Below, piece after piece: positions 8,794 to 19,600 of a DNA stretch of 64,000 bases (its first letter is position 1; each line of letters opens with the position of its first letter). The stretch is from Candidatus Woesearchaeota archaeon (GTDB taxonomy: Archaea; Nanobdellota; Nanobdellia; Woesearchaeales; SKIA01): contig JBJKRI010000005.1 of assembly GCA_046704725.1 (NCBI GenBank), forward strand, positions 1-64,000. Reading direction: 5' to 3'. Both the position numbers and the translations under genes were made by a program. The notes beneath the pieces are model-generated. The model had not been told where the DNA came from, made no database searches, and saw nothing but the letters and a program-made list of their open reading frames with translations.

Positions 8794-10917
8794 ATGATAT
8801 TTTCAGGGAGGCATCGGGGGGTTTTCAGGACAGGTAGAACGCCGTTCGACGACCCTACCGTGCACCCGCCCCCGAACGAGCAGCAAGGCCATTTCGCCGG
8901 GATCCTCACGGAGATGGGATACCTGTCCTCGTGGCGCTTATCGGACAAGCTGGAATTCCTCGGGACGAACGGAAAACCGCCAGGGACCGGCAGGAGCGAG
9001 GTCTATCGCTGCTACGACCATGTCGGGGTCGGAGAGATCGTGGCTGTTTCTATAAAAGAGAATGGGGACACATTCGAACGGGACCTGTTCCAGCGCCTCG
9101 CGCTCGATTCCGATCCGCTCCATGCGCATTTCGTGAAGATGTACGGTGAGAGGACTGTGGAACGTGACGGGATACGCTATGCGGTGACACCCAGAGAATG
9201 GATCCCCGGGCGAGTTCTCTCGGATCCCAGGACAGTCATCGGCCGCGCGAAATTCGCCCGTCTCGCGGAGGACCTCGCTCGGTCGCTCGTACTCACCGAA
9301 CGCCTGAGTCGCGCCATCCCAGACCCCCACCCCGGCAACATCCTCTACGACGGGAATCGTCTGGTGTTCATCGACCTTGATGTCGCCACCCCGTACACGC
9401 TCATCAAAGACGGCGAAGAGATCCAGAATTACGTGCGGAGCTATGCGTCGGGCATCACCCCCGAGGTCTTTCTGGAGATGGGCTTACCAGTGAGCGAGAA
9501 GCTCAGCGCGAGCGCGCTCGCCACATCACTTTGGTGGACGGCTGAGCGCATGGGCCTGCACATGAAAGAGCCGTGGTTGCGAGTCGGTCGCTATATCGAC
9601 CGATTCAGGAAGGACCCTCAGAATACGGAGATGAACGCCGAGCGGCTCGCGTACGAGATCGGCAGCTGGCGGCGGACCCGCCGTGCCTTCATCACGACCG
9701 GTGTGGCACTCGCCGCAGGCCTTGTGGCTGACAGGGGGATTGTCCGACTGGTTTCTCGTAACGACAGGTTCTATTCGGAGAGCATTGACAGCCGTGCGAG
9801 TCGCGTGACGCCGGGCACCCCTCCCGCATCGCGTGAGATGATCCAGCACGAACTGGCGGATTCGATGCTGCGTTTCTACGCGGGGCAGTTCATGAACGGG
9901 ACGAATCCGCTGCGGCAGCAACTCGAGGGCGACGTGCCGAGCGTCCCACTCACCGATCCTCCTGGGAGAGGGTTTCCGGGTGTCTCCCCCGACTTCGATG
10001 CCGGACCAGCATATGCATACCTCCTCGCGCGGGCGAGCGCCTTCGATGGTTCGATAACGAAATACTGGGTGAAACTGACCGAGCGCATCCTTGATCTCGG
10101 ACGGTTGCGCGAGCCGCTGCCAGGCCAGGGATGGGGGCTCAACACAATGCCATTGCTGTGCGTGTCGGAGATTGCCGCAGCGACCGGCAAGGAGGGCCTC
10201 GCGCTGGGTATCCTGGAGCACGCTGACACCGTGGCGAAGGCGGTGTTGGACTGGAACGACCCCCTGCTGCCCTACATCCGCTCACTCGAACAGCTCCGTG
10301 CCGGAGTCAGCTACACCTCGGACTCGAGAAGCATCTCCACCCTCGTCGCCGGAGCCATCGCGCAACGTCGCCTTGGGATCGGCGATGGAAAAGACTATGT
10401 GGATGCGTCGTTGGAATACGTCGATGGTCCTTTAGGAAATCTCATCGATATCGATTCGGGAATCGTGTGGCACGACGCTTCGCATTCGGAGATGCGCGCA
10501 ACGGACGCAGGATACCTTGCATTGTCGCTCGCGCAGTTGATGGGTCTCTCGGATTCGCATCGCGTCAGGGAGTATTTCGACACCGCTTCGCGCGCGATAG
10601 AATCACGGAGGGTGCTGCGTTTTCATGGAGACTCGGGGCCGGTGGTCACGGACGCACGCGCTCTGGACTACCTCGCATTGCGGGCTGTCTCCGAGGACGA
10701 CCGGGCGTGGCGCCAACTCTGTCTCTTGCAGCCGTTTTTCCGCGAGGAGCGTCCGGCGGGATTCCTCTGGGCGCACGACACCTCGAACGAGTACAGCCTG
10801 CTCGAAGAAGGTTGCCTCTCGCCAGGGGATCCGAGCATCTGCGGGGTTGGTGTCCCGCAAGCGGATGCCGCTCTCATCGCTGGGTTAGAATCGAAAAAAG
10901 GAAGGGATGCGGCGTGA
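8794..10917 (+). CDS. Protein kinase-like domain, internal RR-hydrophobic segment and large alpha-helical C-terminal domain
   Basis: GTGRSEVY (Gly loop), IVAVSIK, REWIPG, DPHPGNIL (catalytic loop) and IDLD (DFG-like), followed by TRRAFITTGVALAAG. Confidence 0.6.
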   Translation: MIFSGRHRGVFRTGRTPFDDPTVHPPPNEQQGHFAGILTEMGYLSSWRLSDKLEFLGTNGKPPGTGRSEVYRCYDHVGVGEIVAVSIKENGDTFERDLFQRLALDSDPLHAHFVKMYGERTVERDGIRYAVTPREWIPGRVLSDPRTVIGRAKFARLAEDLARSLVLTERLSRAIPDPHPGNILYDGNRLVFIDLDVATPYTLIKDGEEIQNYVRSYASGITPEVFLEMGLPVSEKLSASALATSLWWTAERMGLHMKEPWLRVGRYIDRFRKDPQNTEMNAERLAYEIGSWRRTRRAFITTGVALAAGLVADRGIVRLVSRNDRFYSESIDSRASRVTPGTPPASREMIQHELADSMLRFYAGQFMNGTNPLRQQLEGDVPSVPLTDPPGRGFPGVSPDFDAGPAYAYLLARASAFDGSITKYWVKLTERILDLGRLREPLPGQGWGLNTMPLLCVSEIAAATGKEGLALGILEHADTVAKAVLDWNDPLLPYIRSLEQLRAGVSYTSDSRSISTLVAGAIAQRRLGIGDGKDYVDASLEYVDGPLGNLIDIDSGIVWHDASHSEMRATDAGYLALSLAQLMGLSDSHRVREYFDTASRAIESRRVLRFHGDSGPVVTDARALDYLALRAVSEDDRAWRQLCLLQPFFREERPAGFLWAHDTSNEYSLLEEGCLSPGDPSICGVGVPQADAALIAGLESKKGRDAA

Positions 10918-10921
10918 TCGA

Positions 10922-11110
10922 CTACGAGCACGTCGCATTGATGGTCTGGTTCGTCGTGCACGTGCTCGTGGGGCTCGGTGGTAGCGGTGCCGTCGGGCAA
11001 GGCGGCTCATCCCATCCACCGCACGTGGCGTGCGCGGCCGGCAGGCTGATCGTCACAGCACCGAGCGCGAGCACACCTATCACAAGCAGCGCGAACAATG
11101 TGTTTCGCAT
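10922..11110 (-). CDS. Small secreted Cys/Pro/Thr-rich peptide
   Basis: Sec-type signal MRNTLFALLVIGVLALGAVTISLPAAHA; mature part of about 34 aa with 4 Cys; GAGGTG RBS directly upstream. Confidence 0.6.
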   Translation of the reverse strand: MRNTLFALLVIGVLALGAVTISLPAAHATCGGWDEPPCPTAPLPPSPTSTCTTNQTINATCS

Positions 11111-11176
11111 GCAATCACCTCTTCATCGGAAGCAGGGGCGCCACGCTATGAATGGCGTGGTCACAGGGGGACAACT

Positions 11177-12487
11177 GTGAGCCACGAATTATCCGAGAAG
11201 AAGAATGAAGGCCATGCACGACGCATGATCCGTTGGGTGGCGGACAAGGCCATCCCTGATTGGCTTGTCCATGAACGAACGGATGTGCAGAACCTTCAGG
11301 CGAGGGTCGATGAGATCGGGGCGGATATCATGGGATCCTCTACGCAGGTGTCTTCCGTTCTGTCCGTGGCTCTGGTCTATGCGCTGCGAGAGGAGACTGA
11401 GCGAAGCGAACGCCTGTTTCTGCGCGCGATCCACAACCCGGGTTACGCTGATATCATCCAACAACGCGGCGACAACAAATACGCTGGTGTCCCGGAGGAC
11501 AGTGTGGGTGATAGGATTGCTCTGCTGGCCCTACAGGTGATACAGCGCGACCATCTGCTGGCGTCGGACGATAATCGCATCTCCGTTCTCCTCGAATGCC
11601 TCGCGAACGCGCCGGCGATATACGAGCTGCGCAATCCCGCGGCAGAGGCCCCCGCGTGGATGGCCGCGCTGAAGAGCCTGCGCGAAGCCGGCCTCTCCCC
11701 CGTGGAGAGCGTGCTCATCCATGAGCGCGTGATCGTCGCGCCGCGCTGGCGCAATCTCCTCACGGGCGCGCAGATAGAGGAGAGGTACAGCGCCGAATTC
11801 CCGGACATCATCGATTGGATGGGGGAGGAGAACATCGACGCGACCGTCGCGCTGAACCGGAAGGTGCGGGACTATGCAGTGGTGCAGTACCCGTACGAAC
11901 GCAAGTTCCTGGAAGCCCTCCCCGGACTCTCGGAGAGGGGGCGGGAAGCGGTCCACGCCTGGTCTGAGTATCTCGTCGCCGCCGCCGACACGCCGCAATT
12001 CGACCGTTGCCCGTGGAACACCTGGATGAAGCCGGAGGACGCTGAGGAGGTGCGGCGCTGGCTGAAGGACAAGGAATCGTTCCTGCGGCACATCCATCCC
12101 GCCGATTACGAGACCGGAGCGATACTCAAGACTCCCTACGAGGGACGCGCGGATCTTGACCGCACCTTGCGGGGGACGGATGTGGAGTGGGCCGCAAGAC
12201 GCAAGGAACTGCGTGCACGCTGGCATGCCGCTCTCTCCTCGGAGATGGACTTGCGTAACCACGACCCTCCCCTCGAAGAACTCCATCGGTGGATCCGCCT
12301 GACGTACTCGTTGGGGCATTATGATTTGTTGCGCACACGGATGCTGCACTACGCATCGGACGCTTTCGCTGAATTGGGCATCCCTGCAGAACCGACGACC
12401 GGAGGCCTGGTCCGTGCGATCAACGATGCTGCTGGGGATATCGAGCGCCACGCCAAGGACGCTTTGCGGCGGTTGCACGGTTCATGA
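11177..12487 (+). CDS. Hypothetical alpha-helical protein
   Basis: Long ORF; start moved to GTG 11177 after a GGGGG purine run, since the longer ORF overlaps the divergent peptide gene. Confidence 0.6.
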   Translation: MSHELSEKKNEGHARRMIRWVADKAIPDWLVHERTDVQNLQARVDEIGADIMGSSTQVSSVLSVALVYALREETERSERLFLRAIHNPGYADIIQQRGDNKYAGVPEDSVGDRIALLALQVIQRDHLLASDDNRISVLLECLANAPAIYELRNPAAEAPAWMAALKSLREAGLSPVESVLIHERVIVAPRWRNLLTGAQIEERYSAEFPDIIDWMGEENIDATVALNRKVRDYAVVQYPYERKFLEALPGLSERGREAVHAWSEYLVAAADTPQFDRCPWNTWMKPEDAEEVRRWLKDKESFLRHIHPADYETGAILKTPYEGRADLDRTLRGTDVEWAARRKELRARWHAALSSEMDLRNHDPPLEELHRWIRLTYSLGHYDLLRTRMLHYASDAFAELGIPAEPTTGGLVRAINDAAGDIERHAKDALRRLHGS

Positions 12488-13348
12488 CTGCGCGGATTCG
12501 TGCAGATTGAGGGAGATGAGACTGCCCGTCGTCTGCTGCAGGATGCGAACGACGTTCGCTAGGGGATCGTCATGCGCGCCGAGACGCTTCTCCGCTTTGT
12601 GAAGATCTTCGAGGAGGCGTCCATGCTCTTTCGCGTCGTACGAGTAATACAGCGAGTAGACCTGCTTGAGCAATGCGCGCGTCAGCGACACCGCTTCAGG
12701 ATCGACGTTTTTTCTCGCGAGGTCCCTGTACTCGTCGGCGACCTTCTCGAGGAGCCAGACAATGATGTATTGGAAGATGGCTGACGGATTCCTTCCCCCC
12801 GAGCGGATGATGAGGCGTTCGCAGTAGTTGGTCAACCGGTTGTTGGTCTGCTCGAGACTGATGAGCGCGTCCGCGTTCCCTTGGCGGCCCAGCCCTTCTG
12901 CCAGGGACAGCGTCACAAGGAATGCCCGCCGCGTGAGGATACGGAGCTCTTCGGGGTCGGTGCGCATGACGCTGCGGATGATGGCGACGGAGGCTTGCTG
13001 CTCGACGATCTCGTACCCGATGAGGCTCTCGGTGATGGTCTTGCGTATGAGGGGCAGCTGCGCGTCCTTGCAGGTCATGCGGATCTCGTCGAAACCGCGC
13101 TTGTGCAGGGCGTGGAGGGCGTGGTGCAGGAGTGTGTCCGAATATCCGCTGACGTCGATCTCCGTGGTGGAGACGCGTTCGTGGCTGGCTTCGGGAATGA
13201 TCACGATGCCTTGCTCCGTCTCTTCGAGGACCACCTCGTCCCCGGCCTGGAGACCGTTGAGGCGCAGCCAGTCCGCGGGCATGCTCACCGTGAGCGTCGA
13301 GCTGCCCTGCTTGACGAGTTTCCGACGGGAGGCTGTCGTATATACCAT
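12482..13348 (-). CDS. AbrB-domain / PhoU-domain phosphate uptake regulator (archaeal type)
   Basis: RRKLVKQGSSTLTVSMPADW...GLQAGDEV (AbrB fold), GYEIVEQ, and LLEKVADEY (PhoU helix). Confidence 0.85.
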   Translation of the reverse strand: MVYTTASRRKLVKQGSSTLTVSMPADWLRLNGLQAGDEVVLEETEQGIVIIPEASHERVSTTEIDVSGYSDTLLHHALHALHKRGFDEIRMTCKDAQLPLIRKTITESLIGYEIVEQQASVAIIRSVMRTDPEELRILTRRAFLVTLSLAEGLGRQGNADALISLEQTNNRLTNYCERLIIRSGGRNPSAIFQYIIVWLLEKVADEYRDLARKNVDPEAVSLTRALLKQVYSLYYSYDAKEHGRLLEDLHKAEKRLGAHDDPLANVVRILQQTTGSLISLNLHESAQS

Positions 13349-13440
13349 ATATAGATTATAAGCATAACATATATCGCATATAAACTTGGTGATTGGTTTG
13401 GGATAACCTTCAACGCAGGGGGACACCGGAGGGAAAAACA

Positions 13441-13767
13441 ATGGCGACCATACGCAAACAGGAACTGCACGACGAACGGGTCGTGGCAGAGATCGAGCTC
13501 ACGCGGCACGAAGCGAAGGAATTGCGGGGCGAGATGGCGAACGTGACGCTCTTCACCGAAGAGCGCGCCCACGTGCCCGCACGCATCAGCCTGCGCGGAC
13601 GTAACGAGGCGACGAAATACTTCCTGATCCCTCGTCAGCTCAGAAAGGACCTCAACACGATGGGGAGCGTGAGTTGCCAACGCATCGAACGGCCGGACAA
13701 GGACATCTTCGTGTACGTCGTGTATCGGGACACGAAACGGGAGAGCTTCTTGCCCGCGCCGTCGTGA
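13441..13767 (+). CDS. Conserved hypothetical protein with AbrB-like C-terminal motif, divergent from the PhoU regulator
   Basis: GGAGGG RBS; RGRNEATKYFLIPRQLRK resembles a swapped-hairpin motif. Confidence 0.6.
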   Translation: MATIRKQELHDERVVAEIELTRHEAKELRGEMANVTLFTEERAHVPARISLRGRNEATKYFLIPRQLRKDLNTMGSVSCQRIERPDKDIFVYVVYRDTKRESFLPAPS

Positions 13768-13796
13768 GCGCGAGGCTTAAGTAGCCGGAGAACACT

Positions 13797-14357
13797 ATGG
13801 GGATCATGACGAGATGCTTCGTGGCCGTAGGGTTGCCGGACGGCGTTCGCGCCGCGCTAGCGCACGCGCAACAGGAACTGCGCGAGACGCACACATTCGC
13901 CGGCAACGATGTCGATCCCGCCAGCATGCACATCACGCTCGCATTCCTCGGGGATCTCTCAGACAAGGAGATAGCCGACACGAAGGCGGCGCTGCAGACG
14001 GTGCGGCGAGCGCCCTTCGGGGCCAAGCTCGACGGTCTGGGCGCGTTCGGACATCCGGCACGCATCGTCTGGGCGGGGCTGGAGGAGAACGGCATGCAAC
14101 GGCTCTATGCACAGGTGCATGATGCCCTGGGACCGCGAGCCTTCGACGAGCGTGATTACAGCGCGCACATCACGCTCTCCCGCGTCAAGCGCGTCAAGGA
14201 CGGGCCCGCCCTGCGCGAGGCCCTGAAACGGTGCGCCCCGCCCCCGATAGGATTCACCGTCGGATCATTCACGCTCATGCGCTCGAAACTGGCCCCAGAC
14301 GGTCCGGTCTACGAACTCATCGAGACGTACCCGCTCACCAGCGGCGACGACGCCTGA
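13797..14357 (+). CDS. thpR: RNA 2',3'-cyclic phosphodiesterase (2H phosphoesterase, LigT/ThpR)
   Basis: Two HxT motifs (MHITLAFLG, AHITLSR), RCFVAV N-terminus and GPVYE C-terminus. Confidence 0.92.
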   Translation: MGIMTRCFVAVGLPDGVRAALAHAQQELRETHTFAGNDVDPASMHITLAFLGDLSDKEIADTKAALQTVRRAPFGAKLDGLGAFGHPARIVWAGLEENGMQRLYAQVHDALGPRAFDERDYSAHITLSRVKRVKDGPALREALKRCAPPPIGFTVGSFTLMRSKLAPDGPVYELIETYPLTSGDDA

Positions 14358-15549
14358 CGTCCATCGACGGCAAGTACTGTTCGGGGGACCACTCGGATTT
14401 CGCGCGCCAGTAGATGTACAGCGATCCTGCGCCCGCGATGAAGACGAGCACTCCTGCGGGGACGCCGGCCTGGATGATGATGCCGGCGATGATGGGCGCG
14501 GCGACCCAGGCGAGCGCGCGCAGCGTGAAGAGCCCCTCGAGGATGCTGGGAGCGGCCCGTTCGCTCGATGAGGAGTACACCTCATCCTGCGTGGCGGGAG
14601 CGCGCCACGAAGCGCCGGAACCGGAGATTGCGGAGATTGCGGCGATGATCCCGAGAGGGCCGAAGGGCAGGAGCGTCGCGGCGACGGCGAACACGAGCAG
14701 GCCGAGAGCGAGCACCTTTCCAGGTTTGTTGCGGGAGAGCAGCCGGTGCGCGATGAGCAGCCCGACGATGCCGCCGGCGCCCGCGAGACCGATGACCAGG
14801 CCGACCGCGGCCATGCTATAGCCCCGAGAGAGGATCATGAGAGGCACGGCGAAGTCGCGCAAGGAGAAGTACGCGGCGACGCCGGCCGTGATGATGGCCA
14901 GCGGACGCCAGCGCTTGGTCAGGACGCGGTCGATCCGCGCGGTCAGGTGCAGGGACGCCTTGGCGGGGATGCGCGGGTGCGCGGTACGGGGAAGCAGGTT
15001 GCTCATGAACGCCGCGCCGACGAAGCACGCCGCAGCGAAGATGTACGCATCGCCGAAGGCGCTGGTGGCCAATGTTCCTGCGGCGAGCGCCCCGGCGGCT
15101 GAGCCGGCCGCGGCGGCGATGGCTGCGGCCAGCAGCAACCGGTCCTTGTTCCGCGAGAAATGGAATGTGTCGATGAGGACCTCTTCGAGCAGGAGGGGGA
15201 GCAACGGCAGCAGCAGCACGAAGACGAGCTTGGGGGCGAGGTAGAGCTCGGCGCTGCCGAGCAAGGGCGCCGCGATGGCTGCGCACGCGAGAATCAACGA
15301 CGCCCAGGTGAGGTAGGCGTTCGCGCCGATACGGTCGGCCATGCTGCGCAGGAACGGCGCGAAGACCACGAGCGGTATCGCCGCAAGACCGAGGACGATC
15401 CCGGCGAGCAACGCGCTCGCGCCCACTCCGTGCGTGAGGTATGCGACCTCCACAGTCGCTATCGCCGCGGCTCCGGCGGCGAGCAACGTGCCGATGAGGA
15501 GGGCGGGAAGGTATACTGCAAGGCGTGCCATGCCCTGTGAGCCACGCAC
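14335..15549 (-). CDS. MFS-type transporter
   Basis: About 12 hydrophobic helices; MADRIG motif-A-like loop; two-fold pseudo-repeat. The true start may be ATG 15531. Confidence 0.75.
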   Translation of the reverse strand: MRGSQGMARLAVYLPALLIGTLLAAGAAAIATVEVAYLTHGVGASALLAGIVLGLAAIPLVVFAPFLRSMADRIGANAYLTWASLILACAAIAAPLLGSAELYLAPKLVFVLLLPLLPLLLEEVLIDTFHFSRNKDRLLLAAAIAAAAGSAAGALAAGTLATSAFGDAYIFAAACFVGAAFMSNLLPRTAHPRIPAKASLHLTARIDRVLTKRWRPLAIITAGVAAYFSLRDFAVPLMILSRGYSMAAVGLVIGLAGAGGIVGLLIAHRLLSRNKPGKVLALGLLVFAVAATLLPFGPLGIIAAISAISGSGASWRAPATQDEVYSSSSERAAPSILEGLFTLRALAWVAAPIIAGIIIQAGVPAGVLVFIAGAGSLYIYWRAKSEWSPEQYLPSMDVRRRRRW

Positions 15550-15555
15550 GCTCTT

Positions 15556-15843
15556 TTATGTCTTCGTCCTGATGAGAGCGCAATCGGGCGTGAGCTCGAC
15601 GAATTGCGTGTGGCTGCCGTCGAGGAAGCCGGGGCATTGGTTCTTCTCGAGATTGTCCTGCGGCTGGCGCGGGTTGTGCGCGATGTCGCACACCCAGTGG
15701 GGATCGAGGTTCCCGAGGCATTGGCTGTCGAGGTTCGTGGCGTTCTGGCAACGTTCCTGGCAGGCCGCGATCGCCTGCTGTGCGGTCAGCCCGTAGGGAG
15801 CGCATGCGGCGCAGAGCAAGAGGATGAGGATCGCTGCTCGCAT
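15556..15843 (-). CDS. Small Cys-rich putative lipoprotein
   Basis: Lipobox-like MRAAILILLLLCAAC; WVCDIAHNPR...NQC...FVELTPDC. Confidence 0.7.
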   Translation of the reverse strand: MRAAILILLLCAACAPYGLTAQQAIAACQERCQNATNLDSQCLGNLDPHWVCDIAHNPRQPQDNLEKNQCPGFLDGSHTQFVELTPDCALIRTKT

Positions 15844-16118
15844 GCCTCTGCCACGCAGGCGCTATTGATGTACCTATTGCCTGTTCATAGTAAGAATTAT
15901 ATCTTTTTATGTACGAATTATCATAAGAAAATACTATTTATCTGTATATATATGAATATTGTAGGTGATTGAATTGGGTGATTCTGTCCCTTGACGCCCG
16001 CATCCGGGACGCTCATCGCGCACACCCGATTCCGCCCTCCACGAATTATCTTACAATATACAGTTCATCCTACCATATTCGAAACATTTTAAACATGATT
16101 CGACGGAAATCCGTGCCG

Positions 16119-16610
16119 ATGGACGCGAACCGCCGCCAGACGCTGCTCGACGCATTCTCCGCGCTGGCAGAAGAGCTGCGCGCCCAAGGGGTGCAGGAAG
16201 AAGAGCTGCTGGGCGTCATCCGCGGGCTCGGCGACGGGATACCCGCGACGGCGTTCGCGACCAACCTGACGCCGTTCGAGACAGCGAGCAGATGGTTGCT
16301 CGAGCACGGACGGGACGAAGAGGAGATCGCGCACATCGTTGGGCGCTCTCCGAGCGTCGTGCGAAAGACGCTCGCGAACAGCAACACGAAACATCCAGAG
16401 AGACTGCAAGCGGCGCAGACGGACTACGGCGTGCCAGCGCCGTTGTTCGGGGACAAGCGATACACCTTCTCCGAGCACGTGTGCATGCACCTCAAGCGCC
16501 GCTACGCGCTGACGAACACGCAGATCGCGCGCACCATCGGGCTCGACCCGCGGACGGTCTGGACGGTGCTCCACCGCGCCGAGAAGAAAGGAGGTGAGAA
16601 GCATGCGTAA
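16119..16610 (+). CDS. Tandem HTH (sigma70 region-4-like) regulator, coupled to the adhesin gene
   Basis: Two HTH repeats, EEIAHIVGRSPSVV and LTNTQIARTIGLDPRTVWTVLHRA. TTTTAAA lies about 30 nt upstream and the stop overlaps the next start. Confidence 0.75.
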   Translation: MDANRRQTLLDAFSALAEELRAQGVQEEELLGVIRGLGDGIPATAFATNLTPFETASRWLLEHGRDEEEIAHIVGRSPSVVRKTLANSNTKHPERLQAAQTDYGVPAPLFGDKRYTFSEHVCMHLKRRYALTNTQIARTIGLDPRTVWTVLHRAEKKGGEKHA

Positions 16611-19600
16611 GCCATTCATCCTCCTGGTATTGCTGCTCTTGCCGCTCGCCATGGCATACACACCGAACCCCGGACACAGCGCGAGCGAGATCGGCGGCGG
16701 AACATTCGCCACAGGAAACTTCACCTTCCCGAGCAACGTCGTCGTCAACGGCGAGCTGAACGTGACCACGCTGAACGTGACCTCGCAAATATGCGTCGGC
16801 GGTAGCTGCGGGACGACCTGGTCCGGGAGCGGAGGATCCGGAGGCGGATGGCAGAACACGAGCACGCTCGTGAGCCTTGTCAACAGCGCGAACAACGTGA
16901 GCGCGAACACACTGTTCATCGACAACACGAACGGCTATGTCGGTGTGGGTACGAACAAACCGGCCACCGCGCTCGAGGTGGAAGGCAACACAACAGTGAA
17001 CGGCACGCTCAACGCGACCACATCCATCTGCCTGGCCGGCACGTGCCGGACGAGCTGGCCCGCGACCTCGAACGTCTCGAGCGCGAGCGGTTGGCAGAAC
17101 ACGAGCACGACCATCAGCCTTGCCACCTCCTCGAACAACGTGAACGCCACCACGCTGTACATCGACAACGCGAACGGACGCGTGGGCATCGGATCGTATT
17201 CCCCGTCGTCCACACTGTACATAGCAGGCAACATCACCGCGGAGAACTTCCAGACAACCACCGCGCGGAACACGTACGTCGGCTACGGGTCAGGAACGTC
17301 GAACTCCGGGACCAACGCGACAGGATTGGGAGCGGACTCGCTCCAGAGCAACACAGGGAACAACGTCGTCGCGCTGGGATATCAGGCCGGATATGGGAAC
17401 ACCAAGAACGACATGTTCTTCGTCGAGCAACGGAACGTGAACAGCGTCCCGCTCATCCTCGGCAACTTCAGCAGCGGAGACCTCGGCGTGGGAACGGTCA
17501 ATCCCGTATACAAGCTCGACGTCAATGGCACCGGGCGGTTCACCGGAGCGGTGACAGCGTCCGGCGGACTCACGGTGACGGGTTCTCTCAGCCTGCCGTC
17601 CGGCAGCGTCACCAACAGCGAGCTCGCGAACAACGCGATAACGATCAACAACGCGACAGGGATCGCGGGCGGCGGCTCGGTGAGCCTGGGATCGAGCACG
17701 ACACTCAGCCTCACGAACACGAGCGTCTCGAGCGGCGCCTATGGAAGTGCGTCCAACATCGCCACCTTCACGGTCAACGGGCACGGCCGCTTGACGGCGG
17801 CGAGCAGCGTACCCATCGCCATCGGCGCAGGACAGGTCACGAGCGGGACGCTCGGCGTCGCCCGCGGCGGGACCGGGACAAGCACGCTCTTCACGACGGG
17901 AAGCCTCATCTTCGCGGCAAGCAGCGGCGTGTACAGCCAGGACAACAGCAACCTGTACTGGGACAACTCGAACAAGCGGCTCGGCATCGGGACGAACAGC
18001 CCGAACCAGAAGCTGCAGGTGAACGGCGCGGTCAACGCCACGACCTACTACGGGGACGGGTCGAACCTGACCGGGATCCAGAGCCTCATCAAAGACTTTG
18101 TAGTGGCGAACGGCAGCGTCTCCGCCGGCGATGTGGTGAGCTATCTCAACAACGGATCGGGAATCACGAAAGGCATCGTCTCGAATGGGAGCGTCACTTC
18201 GTTCACGAACGGATCCGCAGTGACGTTCAACTCAGGAAGCTCGCTGTACATCTCGGCGTCGGCGCTCGATGCCACGCATTTCGTCGTCGTGTACGAGGAC
18301 TCGTCGAACAGCGGGTACGGCACCGCCATCATCGGAACGATCAGCGGAACATCCATCTCGTTCGGGTCGGCGTACGTGTTCAACTCTGCTGCGACATATC
18401 ATCTCTCCGTGGCGGCGGTCAACTCCACAGCCTTCGTGGTCGCGTACGAGGACAGCGGGAATGCCAATAATGGAGCGTCCATCGTCGGAACCGTCTCCGG
18501 GACGAACATCAGTTTCGGTTCCGAATCGTTCTTCTACACGCAAGCGGCCGCTACGTACAATTCCGTCACTAAACTGGACTCGACCCATGTGGCGGTGGCC
18601 TGGGAAGGCAACGGGGACTTCGGGCGGACAGAGGTCGGAACGGTGTCCGGCACCTCCGTGTCTTGGACCGCAGAACACGACTTCACGTCCAGCTCCGGAG
18701 TGGCGACGACGTATATCGACGCTTCTGCGCTCAGTTCCTCATCATATGTCGTCTCCTATCTCTTCAATAATTATCTCTACGCCGTGGTCTGCAGCTATTC
18801 CGGGTCGACGCCGACCTGCGGAACGGCTTCGAGCGTAGCGAGCGGCTCGAACGGGATCCAGAACTCTGTCGCCGCCCTCAACTCGACGACATTCGTGCTG
18901 GCCTTCAGAAATCCCTACGCCTCCACGTATAGAGGGACCGCGTTGATCGGTTCGGTGTCCGGAACGACGATCAGTTGGGGAACGCAATACAATTTCACAT
19001 TGAATTCGACCCAGAAGGAATCTGTCATGGCGCTCAACAGCACGCGCTTCATCGTCGCGTACTCCGACACGTCCAATGGCTACGACGGCATGGTCGCTTT
19101 CGGGAACGTCTCCGGGACGGACATCACGTTTGGTCCGGTGAAGGTCATCCACGCCGCGAGCACCGCGAACTCGGCGAACACGTTCTACATACCACCCGTC
19201 GTGCTGGACTCGACGCATATCGCATTATCGTATACAGACACATCCTCGTCAAGCTACGGGACGAGCGTAGTGGTCGTTCCGGGAGGAGTCTCTACCGTCC
19301 AAGAGCAATCGAAGTACATCGGCATCGCAACAGGGTCGGGATCGGCGGGAAGCACGGTGCCCGTGCTCCTCAACGGCGTCACCGATGCATACTCCGGGCT
19401 GACGACCGGCGACATCTATTACACGGACTCGTCAGGGAACCTCACCACGAATGTATCCGAATACAAGGTCGGGGTCGCTCTCTCATCGACGAGTCTGCTC
19501 TTCTCCGGCAGTTTCTCTCCGATAACGAATTACGACGGGAACGTCGGGATCGGGACCAACACGCCCGGTTACAAGCTCTCGGTGAACGGCAGCATCGCCG

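Noticed and set aside
8794-11110. Class III/IV lanthipeptide synthetase plus precursor
   Set aside because: There is no N-terminal lyase domain and no recognisable LanC zinc motifs; a TM-like segment splits the protein; the peptide has a Sec signal and lies on the opposite strand.
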